This document shows positions 46,960 through 59,605 of a DNA stretch of 64,000 bases, one piece after another (positions within the stretch are counted from its first letter, which is position 1; every line of letters starts with the position of its first letter). The DNA lies in contig NC_090336.1 of the NCBI RefSeq assembly GCF_035084215.1, forward strand, positions 40,486,001 to 40,550,000, read 5' to 3'. Under the pieces are notes generated by a model. The model did no database searches and was not told the DNA's origin. It worked only from the letters and a program-made list of their open reading frames with translations. This stretch comes from Heptranchias perlo. Lineage: Eukaryota. The translations under genes and the position numbers were made by a program.

Positions 46960-49370
46960 CTTAATTCTTTGTTAAAGGCAAGTCGTGTTTAGCAAATTTA
47001 ATAGCATTTTTGAAGAAGACTGATTGTGGCTTTATCCACTTTATTCCCATAAAGGAAATGCAGGAAATATAGTTTATATGGTTTTCTGAAGGCATTCAGT
47101 AAGGTGTCTTTAAAAAAAAAAGTTTGTAATGAAAATTTAGGTGTATGGTATAAGAAAATATAGCAGAATTAATATTAAGTTGCCTGACAGACAGGAACAA
47201 AGGGTTAGTGTTAATATTTGTTCGGATTGGAGAAGGGCTGGAAGTGGTATACTTCAGTGGTCAAGGCTGGGTTCTTTTTTTTTATATATATATATATAAA
47301 TGATCTGGACCTGGCCATGATATTGAAATTCACTGATCTCACAAAAGTAGGGAGTTTGGCGAACTGCGTGGAGGATTGTAAAAGACTTCAGAAAAACAGA
47401 GAGGTGGCAGATGCAATTTAGTGTGAGGTAATTTATTTTGAAAGGCGAAACATAGAAAAATTTACGGCACAGAAGGAGGCCATTTGGCCCATTGTGTCTG
47501 TGCCGGTCGAAAAAGAGCTACCCAGCCTAATCCCACTTTCCAGCACTTGGGCCGTAGCCTTGTAGGTTATGGCACTTTGAGTGCATGTCCAAGTACTTTT
47601 GAAATGTGATGAGGGTTTCTGACTCTACCACCCTTTCAGTAGTGAGTTCCAGACCCCTACCTCCCTCTGGGTAAAAAAATAAAATTTCTCAGCTCCCCTC
47701 TAATCCTTCTACCAATTACTTTAAATCTGTGCCCCATGGTTGTTGACCTCTCTGCTAAGGGAAATAGGTCCTTCCTGTCTACTGTGTCTAGGCCCCTCCA
47801 TAATTTTATACATCTCAATTAAATCACCCCTCGGCCTCCTCTGTTCCAAAGAAAACAACCCCAGCCTATCCAATCTTTCCTCATAGCTAAAATTCTCCAG
47901 TCCTGGCAACATCCTTGTAAATCTCCTCTGTACCCTTTGTAGTGCAATCACATCTTTCCTCCAATGTGGTGACTAGAACTATACGCGGTACTCAAGCTGT
48001 GTTTTACACAGTTCCAGCATAACCTTCCTGCTGCTATATTCTATGCCTCGACTAATAAAGGAAAGTATCCCGTATGCCTTCTTAACCACCTTATCTACCT
48101 GTCCTGCTACCTTCAGGGATCTGTGGACATGCACTCCAAGGTCCCTCTCTTCCTCTACACCTCTCAGTATCCTCCCATTTATTGTGTACTCCCTTGCATT
48201 GTTTGTCCTCCCCAAATGCATTACCTCACACTTCTCTGGATTGAATTCCATTTGCTACTTTTCTGCCCACCTGACCAGTCCATTGATATCTTCCTGTAGT
48301 CCACAGCTTTCCTCCACACTATCAACCACATGGCCAATTTTTATATCATCTGCAAACTTCTTAATCATGCCCTCTATAATTAATTAAGTCTAAATCATTA
48401 CTATATACCACAAAAAGCAAGGGACCTAGGACTGAGCCCTGTGGAACCCCACTGGAAACAGCCTTCCAGTCACAAAAACACCTGTCAACCATTACCCTTT
48501 GCTTCCTGCCATTGAGCCAATTTTGGATCCAATTTGCCACTTTCCCTTGGATCCCATGGGCTTTTACTTTTTTGACCAGTCTGCCATGCAGGACCTTGTC
48601 AAAAGCCTTGCTAAAATCCATGTAGGCTACATCAAATGCACTACTCTCATCAACCCTCCTTGTTACCTCCTCAAAACAAGGAATGTGACTATAAACACAA
48701 CAGAAAGATGCTGAAGGGAACAGAGGAGCAGAGAGAGGTGCAAGTACATATTTCCTTGAAAATGTGAGTGGATAAAGCCACAAAGGCATTTTGGGTCATA
48801 GAGTACAAGAGCAAAGAAGTGACGATAAACTTATACAAGAAAATGGTTGGGCAGCCATTGTAGAAAGGACATCAAAGTCGTAAAAATTGCACAACATAGG
48901 CTCACCAGGATGATACCAGGGATACAAAACTATAATTATGAGAAGAGATTTAAGGTACTGTGACTATTTGCACTGGAACAGAGCTTGCTAAGCTGAGATT
49001 TCGTAGAGTTTTTTTTAATTTTGGAGGATTTTGATTGGATGAATGAGGAAAGAGTATTTCCTCTGGTTGGGGAGTCAGTGATGAGGGACAATCAAATTAA
49101 TTTGTCATTGAGAATAAGGAGAGAGACTTGGAGAAAGTTCTTTACTCGGAGGGCTGTTGGAGCTTGGAATACTGTGCTGCAGGGAGTGGCTGAGACAGAG
49201 CCCATTGCATCTTTTAAGAGAAGAGTGGGTAAACATTTGATGCAGAGGAAGATCGTTCTGTGGGAGGAGAATGGACCAGTGGAATTAGTTTTTGGATTCA
49301 TCTAATAAAGAGTTGGCACAGAAATTGGGCCAGATGGCCGCCTTTTGTACTGTAAACTTTAAAGGTTTTA
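46960..49370 (+). mobile_element. Old degraded CR1, interrupted by the younger antisense CR1
   Basis: YINDLDL...KFTD before 47450 and FFTRRAVGAWN after 48676. Confidence 0.65.
47451..48672 (-). mobile_element. CR1 family A, 5'-truncated
   Basis: Translation nearly identical to 900-2137 (FEEVTRRVDE, GVPQGSVLGP, MEFNPEKCEVMHLG). Confidence 0.93.
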
Positions 49371-49389
49371 TGGTAAAATAAGACACAAA

Positions 49390-50230
49390 AGGGTAAATTT
49401 TAACCCCTAAGAATGGGTGGGTTGGTGGTGGGTGGGGAGTAAAAATACTTGGTTTTCGGAGCGGGACGGCATTCCGGCTCCAACATGCCGGCTTCTGCAT
49501 CTAACCCAGGCAGGTTTGTCTGCATGTGGAGGGCAGACACCAGGAAGTCCTGCTCCCACTTAAATCCGGCGGGCCGATACTTAAAAGGGCAATGTACCTC
49601 ATTGAGATACTTGAGGTACTTAATATTTTGTGTATTGGAATAATAAAATGAACCTTACCCGTTCGGGTTTCCCATCGCTTCGCTTTCACATCAGGTGATA
49701 ACAGGCGGGAAGGGGCGGATCCATGAGGTGAGTGCCTTTATTGCACTGCTTGTAGGCCCGGAGGAGCAGGAATGCTTCATCCAGGCCCACCAAGCATACC
49801 TGGCTGACAGGACCCCTGTGATCGTCCACCCCCACCCCCCTGATGATGTTCCCCTCCCCCCTCACGGTGGACCCCACCTACCTCTGGCTCTTCACCCGAC
49901 TGCCACGACCTCCGATATCTTTCTCAGCCCCCCCGATCTCTTTTTCATCCCCCACCTGCTCTTCTCCCTGGCCCTCCCACCCCAATTTTCTCCTATGATC
50001 CCTCCCTCCCTCTGAACCCCAGCTGTGGCCTGTTGTAGTAGGCCTTCCTGGACGACAGCCAGTCAGCCTGTCAATCAAGCTGGCTGCCAGGCGCGAAACC
50101 CGGAAGTGAAATTGATGGGCCTCATTAAGGTCGTGATCGCAAATCGCGGCCCGCCCACTTACTTTCTAGGTTTTGCACCCGGAAATCAGCCCCCTCGCTC
50201 CCTTCCCGGCTCTCAGTTAAAATTTACCCC
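49390..50230. mobile_element. MITE, Harbinger-like (~840 bp)
   Basis: (A/G)GGGTAAATTTTAA ... TTAAAATTTACCCC; AAA flanks; interior similar to 62648-63425. Confidence 0.75.
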
Positions 50231-50379
50231 AAAGATAAAGATACTTTAGTGTTGTTTCAACTGCACTTCACTCGAAACTTGATGCATTATCACAGAGGAA
50301 GAGTACACTGCACTTTGCTGACTAATCATCCTTCTAAATGGTGGCCGCCTTGACTCGGTGGTAGCACTCCTGCTTGTTT

Positions 50380-50643
50380 TCACCTGATGTGAATGAGAAG
50401 CGATGTGAAACCCGAACAGGTAAGGTTACATTTGTTTGACATTTCCAATACACAACAAACTAAGTGCCTCAACTATCACAATGAGGTATATTGCCCGTTT
50501 AAATATCGGCCTGCCGGCTTTAAGTGGGCACGGGACTTCCGGGTTTCTGTTGCGCGTGCATCCAAACGCGCCTGGGTTAAACCCGGAAGTGGACGCGTTG
50601 GAGCTGGGATGCCGTCCCGTGCTTGGGGGTTAAAATTACCCCC
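50380..50643. mobile_element. Harbinger-type MITE end fragment
   Basis: Ends GGGGGTTAAAATTACCCCC; reverse-complement similarity to 49390-49720; similar to 59330-59605. Confidence 0.65.
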
Positions 50644-51555
50644 TTGATCCTTTTATATTTGATGATGTGACAACTCTACAGAACTATAAAAGAGATAAGG
50701 AATGAAAAGCAAAGGATACCAGCCATGTGAGCTTGGGGATGGCCTTCTACCTTCCCTAGCTCACTCTCTGTCATCATCCCCAGAATCTCCATGGCCCTCT
50801 CCTCATAAAAAAAATCAAGAGACACGGCTTTGGTGATTCTGCCTTCCCCATCTGCATTTATTGCCTCTAGTTATGTGTTATCTCTGCATGCAGATGTCTT
50901 TGTCTATGAGCACATATACCTGTGTGTATGGGTGGCACATAAGGATAGGAAGCATGGTGGGATGTGTAGCCGGCTGCAAGGCCTTGATGAGGGGAAAAAG
51001 TATTAACTCTTTCTTAACTTAGTTTTTTTGAGTTATGACTGCAGATATTGGAAATTCAGGGGAGTCAAGTGTCAGCCGAGTTCCTGTCAGCCTGCTCAGG
51101 TGGATATAAAAGATCCAATGGCACTTTTTTTTTGAAGAGCAGCGAGTTCTCCCAGTGTCTTGGCCAACATTCTTTCCTCAACTGACAGCACCAAAACAGA
51201 TTAACTAGTCATGTATCTCAATTGCTGATTTGTGGAATCTACAGTTTGTTGGCTGTGAAACATTTTGGGACATCCTGAGAATGTGAAAGACACTATGGGC
51301 ATGATTTTAAAAGGATGGTGGAATGGCAGTGGGGGGGTGAGCGGGCGTGCGGGTAACCCGAATAATAAAAGCTTACTGTTCCCCACGCGATCGCAACTTA
51401 ATTGGTGGCCATTAATCTTGTTTCAGAGTTTGCCATCTGAAAGCTGCACAGTGGGCGGACTGCGCACCTGCATGATCTGCTGTCAGTTGGAGTGTCCAGA
51501 TGTAAAGGGCCATTGCTCCAATGAATTTTGCTGAAACGAGGAGCAAGGAGACACA

Positions 51556-53378
51556 ATGGAGCTGCACAAGGGCAAGGCAGCTCAAGATTCAGCGATGCCC
51601 CACTTGAGGTGATGCTAGCCGGGGTGAGGAGGAGGAGGGAACTATTTTACAGGAGGAAGTGCTTTGCCTCTGCCACCAAGAAGGCCTGGCTCAAGGTGAC
51701 AGTGGAGGTCACGAGTAGGATCAACATATCCCGCACTTGGGTCCAGTGCAGGAAGCGTTTCAATGACATAACTAGGTCAGCAAAAGTGAGTACACTTACT
51801 GATTCTCCTGCATTCCGTGTTGCACATCAGCCCCCCACCCTCACATCATTCTGCGCTGCCAAGACTACTCCATCACATCACTCCTCACACTCACTTAAGG
51901 CTCATCCTCAGCTTTTCACTTTCTGAGCACTTCCTCACCTCCTCATTTGTGACCCCACCATTAGCATTCACCCCAATCCTGATTCAATGTGATGTCTCTG
52001 CCTGATACTAACCCTCTGATGCACCTCTTTCACAGTCAGCCTCACCCATAGCAATGCATTCATCGGCTGACCACTTCACCCTCACTCACTCACGTGTGTA
52101 CATTCTCCCCTTGTAGGAGAAGAGAGCGCAAAATGCACGCGAGAGGGCGAGGACTGGAGGGGGATCACGACAGATAGTGGTCTTCACAGAGGCGGAGGAG
52201 GAGACCCTGCAGATCAACCAGACCCTCGAGTGCCTGTCCGTCAGGGACGCTGAGACTGGCACCGCACAAACGTCTGGTGACTCAACTTTAGCATTCACCA
52301 CACACAACATGAATTGATGTTAACAATGATTGGCATGTTGAACACCTCAGCATGCTGATTGCAACATGACACATCTATGATGATGCTTACTGTTCTCTTA
52401 CAGGCCCTTCAATGACTGCAGCGACTGGAGAGGGCGATTCCTCAGAGGAGCTCCCAGCCTCTGAGGGCGTACTGTCACATCTTAGTGAGTCATCCACCAG
52501 CGCAGATACTCACACCTCAGTGGGTCCTAGTAATCAGTTAGTTGGGTTGGCACCTGGTGAGTCACCCCACACGAGTGAGCACGAGCAAACACTGGTGGCA
52601 GAGGCAGCTGTGGAGACTCTGTGTCGGTGGGTGCATTCCTCTCCAGACTCTGCTCAGCTGGATGCAGATGCTGAATCTTGGAGGCCATCCTTTAAAAGGA
52701 GAATGATCGAGGGACAGCTGCACACTGGAACAGGTGCCACGCACTCTCCACAATAGCGCAGAGGATGGAGGAGTCCAACTCCTGCATGAATGCAATGGTG
52801 GCACAGGTATGTGAGTGAATCTCTGAGATGGTGTCGTAGGTAAGTGTGGGAATGTCAGCGAGGAGAGAAGGCTAGCCTCAATTGAGCTTCAAGCACGGCT
52901 CAGAAATGAGTCCATTCAGGCCCTGACAATGGCCGTTTGGACTCGGGGTGAACAACATTCTTCCGCCTTAAACAGGTAGACAGAAACCTTACAACTGGGC
53001 TTCCAAGGCATCATACATGTCCTCCAAACTGTTCTCCAGCAGGGTGGTAGGAGTGATGGGGCCTGGCCCAGGAGAGGGATGATAGTGAAAGGGGAAATGG
53101 AAGTGGGGATGCTTCTCAAAGTGCTCCCATGTCTCACCCGTTGTCCCACTCTCAACCAGTATCCGCAATGCTGCCTCCTTTCCAGGTGGCCAAGTCTGCC
53201 CCTGCACAGGAGCAATCTTTGGAGGGGCCCTCACGGGCTCCAAAACTCAGAGGGCGTAGGCCGAAAGCATCTAAGCAGTCAGGGCATGAACGTGAGCAAC
53301 CTGCCACTACCTCTGCTGCAGCCACGGGGGGATGCACCACGTAGAAGTAGTAGGAAGAGAAAGACTAAGGTTTTGTGA
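51556..53378 (+). pseudogene. Harbinger Myb/SANT-like (MADF-type) DNA-binding gene, 3 exons, frameshifted
   Basis: RFSDAPLEVMLAGV...KAWLKV...RTWVQCRKRFNDITRSAK|gtgagt (51786); acceptors at 52117 and 52404; basic C-terminus RRSSRKRKTKVL. Confidence 0.8.
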
Positions 53379-53659
53379 TCACGAAGGGAATGCACCAGGG
53401 TGTTTGACAGACTGTCATGTTTTTCATTTACATGTTTTTTGATATAGTCACATTAAATGTTATCATTCTCACCACTACTGTCACGTCTTGCCCATTCTTG
53501 ACTGCCTTTTGTGATAGCGCCCTTTCATGTGCTTCATCATGAATGGTAAGACTTGATGCCACCCAGTGGGCGACTTTACAGTGGGTGTATGTGTATTTGT
53601 AGGACTGTTTTGTGCGGGGGGGGCAGAGGGGATGTTGTTGGCGATGCTCTTTCCAGGTG

Positions 53660-54882
53660 GTCATTAGTGACTCCCTGGCCTCAGGAGCAGCCAGGTGAGC
53701 CGCTGCTCTGCCGATGGGTTCTTTCTCCTCCTCCTCCTGCTGCTGCCCATCCTCAATGTTGATGGCAGATGTGGATGCTGGATGAGGGCACGGGGCCTCA
53801 TCAAGTGGTACCCCTCTGTGTTGTGCCATGTTGTGCAGGAGACAGCACACTACTATAATTCGTTCCACTCTCGCTGGTGCATATTGAAGCGTTCCCCAGA
53901 ATGATCGAGGCACTGAAATTGCATCTTCAGCAGTCCTATCGCATGTTCAATTACAGACCTGGTGGCGATGTGGCTGTCGTTGTATCCTCACTGTTCCTCT
54001 CTGATGGGGTTCCTCAGAGGTGTCATGAGCCACGTGTGCTGGGTAACCTCGAGGAGCCAGCCCTTAAGGCTGTTTGCTGCGTGGAAGAGGGTCGGGATTT
54101 TGGATTCCCTCAAAGAATGAGTCATGACAGCTGCCAGGGATTCTGGCACACACGTGAAGAAATCTTTTGAGGTGGTCACAAACGAGCTGAGTTTTGATGG
54201 AGTGACATCCCTTTCTGTTGATGAACAGTCCTGGCTCATGTGGAGCTCGGATTGCTATATGCGTGTAATCGATTACACCCATGGGAGCCAGCCACAGAGT
54301 GGAATTCCACTGCCCTCTCCATCTGGCTGAGATCGCCCAGTTGACGTATTGCGATGCCCTGCGAAATAAATCGTCAGTGACCTGTCTTATGCACCTGTGG
54401 GCAGAAGACTGAGAGACCCCGGCAATGTGGCTCATGACACCTCTGAGGAACAGCATCGATACAACAACAGCCACATCACTGGTGGAACCCTGGAACGATC
54501 TGGAGGTGAAGAAGTTAAGGGCAGTGGTCACTTTAACTGCGACGGGTAATGAGATGCCACCAGGCCCAGCCGGGAGCAGCTCGGCTTGAAGGAGGCTGCA
54601 GATGTCTGTGACCACCTGGCAACTCACTCTCAGCCTCCGTATGCACTGCGCCTCAGAGAGGTCCAGGGAGCTCAGCCTTGGTCTGTAGACCCTCTGACGA
54701 GGGTAGTGCCTCCTGCGACGTCGGTCCCTCTGTTGTTCCCCTCTCTGATCTTGTGTAGGTGCCTGTGGCGCAGCACTGTGTTGTGGAGCTACAAGTGGCG
54801 GAAGTGCATGCCGTTCCTGGTGAGGATGGTGATGTTCCTTGTCCTCGGATATACTGGTGAATGCAGCCATCGCTCCCCCCAT
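53660..54882 (-). pseudogene. Harbinger DDE transposase (HARBI1-like), frameshifted
   Basis: KVTTALNFF, GVIDYTHIAI, PGSCHDS, IEHAIGLLK, IIVVCCLLHN motifs spread over three frames; the expected GWLLGD motif reads GWLLEV, so one catalytic Asp is lost. Confidence 0.88.
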
Positions 54883-56789
54883 CCTGATGGTGTCAGTTTG
54901 AGGGGGTCCGAAAAGTTGGTAAATATGTGTAAAAAGAACAATTCTGAGTGTAAACCAAGAATTTTCAGTCTAAACACAAAGATCTCCCAGCCAAAAGTTT
55001 GTCTGAGAGAACTGAGTGCCCTGCTGCAATAACTGACCTTTTATCCCCATCTGTCAAACAGGGATTTAAATGCCCATATGGCTGCCGACTGAAACCAGAC
55101 TACTTTCCCATGACGTGCTTTACACAGCACAGGAAACACGTTGAGGCAACGTTGAAATCGCTTGCCTTCATTCTTATTTGGATTTATGGACATTTCAAGT
55201 AATTTAAGTAAAGCTGGCGGGACTTATGGGTTCGGGAACGGCGTGCGCACCCAGATGACTCTGGGTCGTGCGCGTTCTTCGACAGGTTGGAGCCGGGATT
55301 CCTGCCCACTCCAAAAAAATCGTGATTTTCTTTGCCCCCCGCCCCCAACGCACCCGCACTTTCCTTTTAAAATCGTGCCCTATATAATTGCAAGTTCTTT
55401 GTTCTTTCTATAGGAAAATTGTTCTGGTACTTGTACGAAAACAAACAGCAGAATGAGAGACCACCGAGTAATAAAATTTGGCTCAGTTTGCATCCCAACA
55501 CAATAATTTGTACAACGCAATGGCACTACTAGAAAGTTGTTTGATCACTTACTTGATAACTGTTGCGTTCTCCAGGGTATCATTTGTCACTCCAGGGTGT
55601 CAGTTTTTACATTATTAAATACAGTTATCAATTATGTAATTGAACAAAAGGTATTACAAACTGCTTTTTCAGGTAAGTTTAAAAAATTCTTCATCAGTTT
55701 GTGTGCATCCTAACTCAGTTGTCAGTGGCAGAAGTCAAAACAATAGATAACAAGAATGTTTCCTGTTACAAAACCACTGAGTTTTGCATAAAGCATTCAG
55801 ACTGCCTTGTGTAAACATTTTGCACTGGTTCATTTGAGATTCCCTAGAGAACAGATTTGCAGAAGTTGGATTTTTGCTCTATTACAGATTTTAGCTGTTA
55901 TGTTTTAAAATGCTTGATAGCAGCTTGATGCAGCATCCTGGTTTCCCCACGAAAATTGCAGGTAGGTGCACCAACATGTAGGGATATGGTTGGTGCATCT
56001 TGACAAATACCCTCAATTGGGCTGTGCTGGGCTATTGTTAACTGTCATGTAGTGCTACTGAAACCATGGCATTGTTTAACTAGAGTATTTCCAAAGAACT
56101 ATGCAGTAGTGCGGTTAGTTAGGCATACAAATATCATATTTGTACTGTCACTGCCTGCCTTGGGAATTGGAGTCTTCTCATGCATTAATCCTCTACTAAA
56201 GTGAGGATCATACACCTCTCTCTGTAGATGTGGTTGGGATGGTACTGACAGGTGAGCACAGAATATCTCTGGTGCAGTTTGACTTGCCTGCCATCCCTCT
56301 TCCCCAGGACTGATTTTGCAAATGCATACTACCAGTGGGACTACCTCAGCTGCTGGCCACACATATTGGGAAATCGAGAACACATTGCCCAAGATTTACC
56401 ATCTGTTAATTTTAATTGACAGAAAACTTTTGCCAGCATGTCTGCAATTTATTGGTGTGTGCAGCCGCTAGGCTAGACTTCCCACCTGTAGCACGCATTC
56501 ATAAATTCGGCCCTTATATCTCAGTAATCGCCCTCAGCTTATACATCTAGATGTCCAAAAAGTTTAAACAAATCATGAATTTATTCACTTCTCTACTCTA
56601 TTGTTCCCCTTCTTGTATAATATAGTATATTCTAGTTACCAAAAATCAATTAAGTTTAGTATTTCTCACCAGAAATAAAGCTAATTTCTCCCCATTGATT
56701 AAGAATGGACCGAATATCTAGAAATAGACTATGCTCTATAACTTGTGAAGACTTAGTCACAAGTGGGTTATACACATTTTCTGCGCAAG

Positions 56790-57195
56790 TGTCAGCTTTG
56801 CTAAGTTGGTGGCACTCACCTCTCTGAGCCAGAGATTTGTGGGTTCAAGCCCCATTACAGAATGTGACCCCATAGTCTAAGGTGACGCTTCAGTACAATA
56901 CTGTGGGAATTCTGTATTCTCGGAAGTGCTGTTTTCTGGGATGAGAAGCTATCTGCCTTTTCCGTTGGATGTAAAATTTAGAGAAGAGCAGTGAGTTCTC
57001 CCCCCAACCAATGCCATCATAAAATAGATTATCTGGTCATTCATCCCATTTGCTGTTCACGGGATCTTGTGTGCAAATTGGCTGCCATATTTGCCTACAT
57101 AACAATGGTGACTGCAATTCAATAGTAATTTATTGGTTGTGAAGTGCTTGGGATCATGATATGGGGCTGTATAAATGCAAGTTTGTTCTACTTCT
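56790..57195 (+). mobile_element. tRNA-derived Deu-domain SINE
   Basis: GGGTTCAAGCCC head; tail GTGAAGTGCTTGGGAT...TATAAATGCAAGT. Confidence 0.78.
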
Positions 57196-57528
57196 TTTAC
57201 AAGTTATCTCCAAGATAACCATTTACAAGATAATCAATATTTCAGCAATCCTTGTTAAATTTAAAAAAAATTATCTTTCACTAAAACTTCTGGGATTAAA
57301 ATATGTTCTACACCAGGTTAACACTGTGCATTTGATATTATGAAAACTTCTTCCCCTCTTTCCCCCCCCCCCTCCCCCCCACATGTACTTAAAATATCTG
57401 TGACTTTATATTTGTGGTATGAAATCATCATTTGTTATATCTTTAACATAACTGCCCCTACACCTCTTTTCTGTTATAGAATAATATCTACTGCATTAGA
57501 TAGCCCCGATGTGCTGGGATCACAAACT

Positions 57529-57631
57529 ATGGAGGAGGAAGGAATAATCTATGATGCTTTGGAGAAGTTTTGCAGCAGCCATGAGCAAACTTATGATGAA
57601 TTTCTGGGATTGTTTTTACACCTTAGAAAAG
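57529..57631 (+). CDS. IFTAP: NWC/IFTAP (C11orf74, intraflagellar transport-associated protein), first coding exon (exon 57480-57631); gene continues beyond the identifiable sequence
   Basis: MEEEGIIYDALEKFCSSHEQTYDEFLGLFLHLRK matches the recalled human N-terminal motif ([25 protein letters not shown]); acceptor TTCTGTTATAG|A and donor AAG|GTAAGC; expected synteny with RAG2. Confidence 0.9.
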
Positions 57632-59224
57632 GTAAGCAGTTTTGGGAGATGACAACACTTAAGTACTGGACAAAGACTGAGAAAACGTAGAATGCCTAAC
57701 TTATTCTGCGGGTGAGGAAAACCTGAATTCGAAGGTGACAAAGCTCATCAAGATCTAAATAAAAACTGGTGATTCTATCCACACGTAGTATAAAGAATTT
57801 TTCAAAACACTAGTCGATTTCCTGTGGTGTTGCACACATGGTATGATTTTAGCATGGAGCTGAGTGGGTGGATAGATTATCACATGGGAAACTCGGAAGT
57901 CAAGTGAGTGTACTGGAATCTGTGTTCTCAATTCAGTTGAAGGCAATTGATTTTACTTCTGGATTCCCGCGCAACAGTCAGATTGACAATCGGGAGGGAA
58001 AGCCGGGGATCGGTTGCCAGGTAAGTCTGAGAATAGGGAGGAGGGGGGAGCTGGAGACACCGCGTTGGTTGGTGGGGGGGGGGGCTGGTCAGCCATCAGT
58101 GGGATGTCTCAGCCATCTGGGAGGGGTCTTGGAGTGACTGTAGGTTTAAACGCTAACCAGCAATTTCTGAGGTGGTTGGGGATGAATGAGAATTTGTGAT
58201 CCTATGCTAGAATTTCTGCTCGGTGGGGAGGAGAAGGTTTGTTGCCTTATGTTGGATTTTCATGGACGTTTACTCTTTGCAGGATACATGTCTTGCTGTA
58301 TTTTTAAGGCACTCTACAATTCCTTACGTTTACAAAGAACTTTAGGTTTTTTATTACTGACCGTTTGTTGGTGGGGAGAAGCCGGCAGACCAACATATAC
58401 CAATATTAAACAAGGAAAGACTTGCAGTCAACATACTGAAGTTGAGCAGGGAGTCAGTGGCTGCGCGGGGAGGAGAGCATGAAGAGCTGGCTCCAGATTC
58501 AGGCTAGGAATAAAGAAAATATACCAGGGTGAGCAGGAGAGAAGTGATTTGATGATCAGTGCAATATAAGTAACATTCAGATTTTGAAATTCTTAGCAAC
58601 AGCACCAGCACTAGCATAAACATCAAAAGATGAAAAGCATACCAGAAGACCCTGGCAGTTATTTTCTGTTGCATGTGAGAAATGTGGTGGATTCAATCCA
58701 AGGGCCTGTCAATTACTGCTGAGGGAAGACTCAGCTGAGGAAAAAGAAGGATCTTTAGGAACTCTGGTGTGGAAAGTAGATTTATTCGAGCAGATATGAC
58801 GGTGAAGGAGAAAATTAGAGAAAGGGATGTAGTATTTACTGGAAGTGGGGAGCGAAGAAACAATCCAAATAGTGTGGGAGCCCGAGCTTGTAATAAAAAT
58901 CTATGTAAAGCCTATTTCCAAAGATGAAGAGAGAGAAAGCCACAAAAGGAAGGGAAGAGTTGGACCACATGCAGACGAAGAATGTACAAGAATTGGAAAC
59001 CTATTTGGATTGCTATAATTTATATTTGCAACAGAGCCAAGTTGTTATAAAATTTTCTGATTCTTTCAAGCAACTTGATTGCAGAATATTCCAATATTTC
59101 CGATTTTGTCATCTTCCTAAAAGTATGAGCTTGTACACATACTCAAGATTGATTCAGGATGTTAACAATTTATTATTTTCTGTGTATTTAATTTAATTGA
59201 GTGATGGGTGAAAGAGTGAATACA

Positions 59225-59605
59225 GACCCAATACAAATAACTCTCAGCCAAACGTTTGCCTGAGAGAACTGAGAGATCAGCTGCCACCGTTTCACTGGCG
59301 AGATTAAGACGCCATGCGAAACCTGTGCAGGTAAGGTAAAATTAGTTTCAGGTTTAGAATCCACAACAAATTACCTACCGTAAGTATTTCAAGTAGGTAA
59401 ATTGTCCCTTTAACAATCCGCCTGTTGGCATTAATAGGGGATGCAACTTCCGGGGTTTCGGCTGCGCGTGCGTATCCAAATGCACCTGGGTAAAACCCGG
59501 AAGTGGGTGCATTGGATCCGGGTTGTGGTCCCGCTGATGAAATATACAATTTTGACTATCCACCTTCCCACAGCCCACCCATTCTTTGGGGCTAAAATTA
59601 CCCCC
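59225..59605. mobile_element. Harbinger deletion-derivative end
   Basis: CAGCCAAACGTTTGCCTGAGAGAACTGAG matches ~54988-55017 of the full element; ends CTAAAATTACCCCC. Confidence 0.65.

Larger units (their letters stand above)
51297..55380. mobile_element. PIF/Harbinger DNA transposon, full length (4084 bp), inactivated, inserted in a SINE tail
   Basis: TIRs GGGCA(T/C)GATTTTAAAAGGA at both ends; TSD TAT (51294-51296, 55381-55383); removing it restores the SINE tail GACACTATATAATTGCAAG; two convergent genes inside. Confidence 0.93.

Noticed and set aside
53660-54882. Domesticated HARBI1 host gene
   Set aside because: It has frameshifts and a lost catalytic Asp and is enclosed by TIRs with a TSD, so it is a dead transposon copy.
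57340-57690. 116-aa ORF as a standalone gene
   Set aside because: Only 57480-57631 is bounded by splice sites and resembles IFTAP; the rest is intron read-through.
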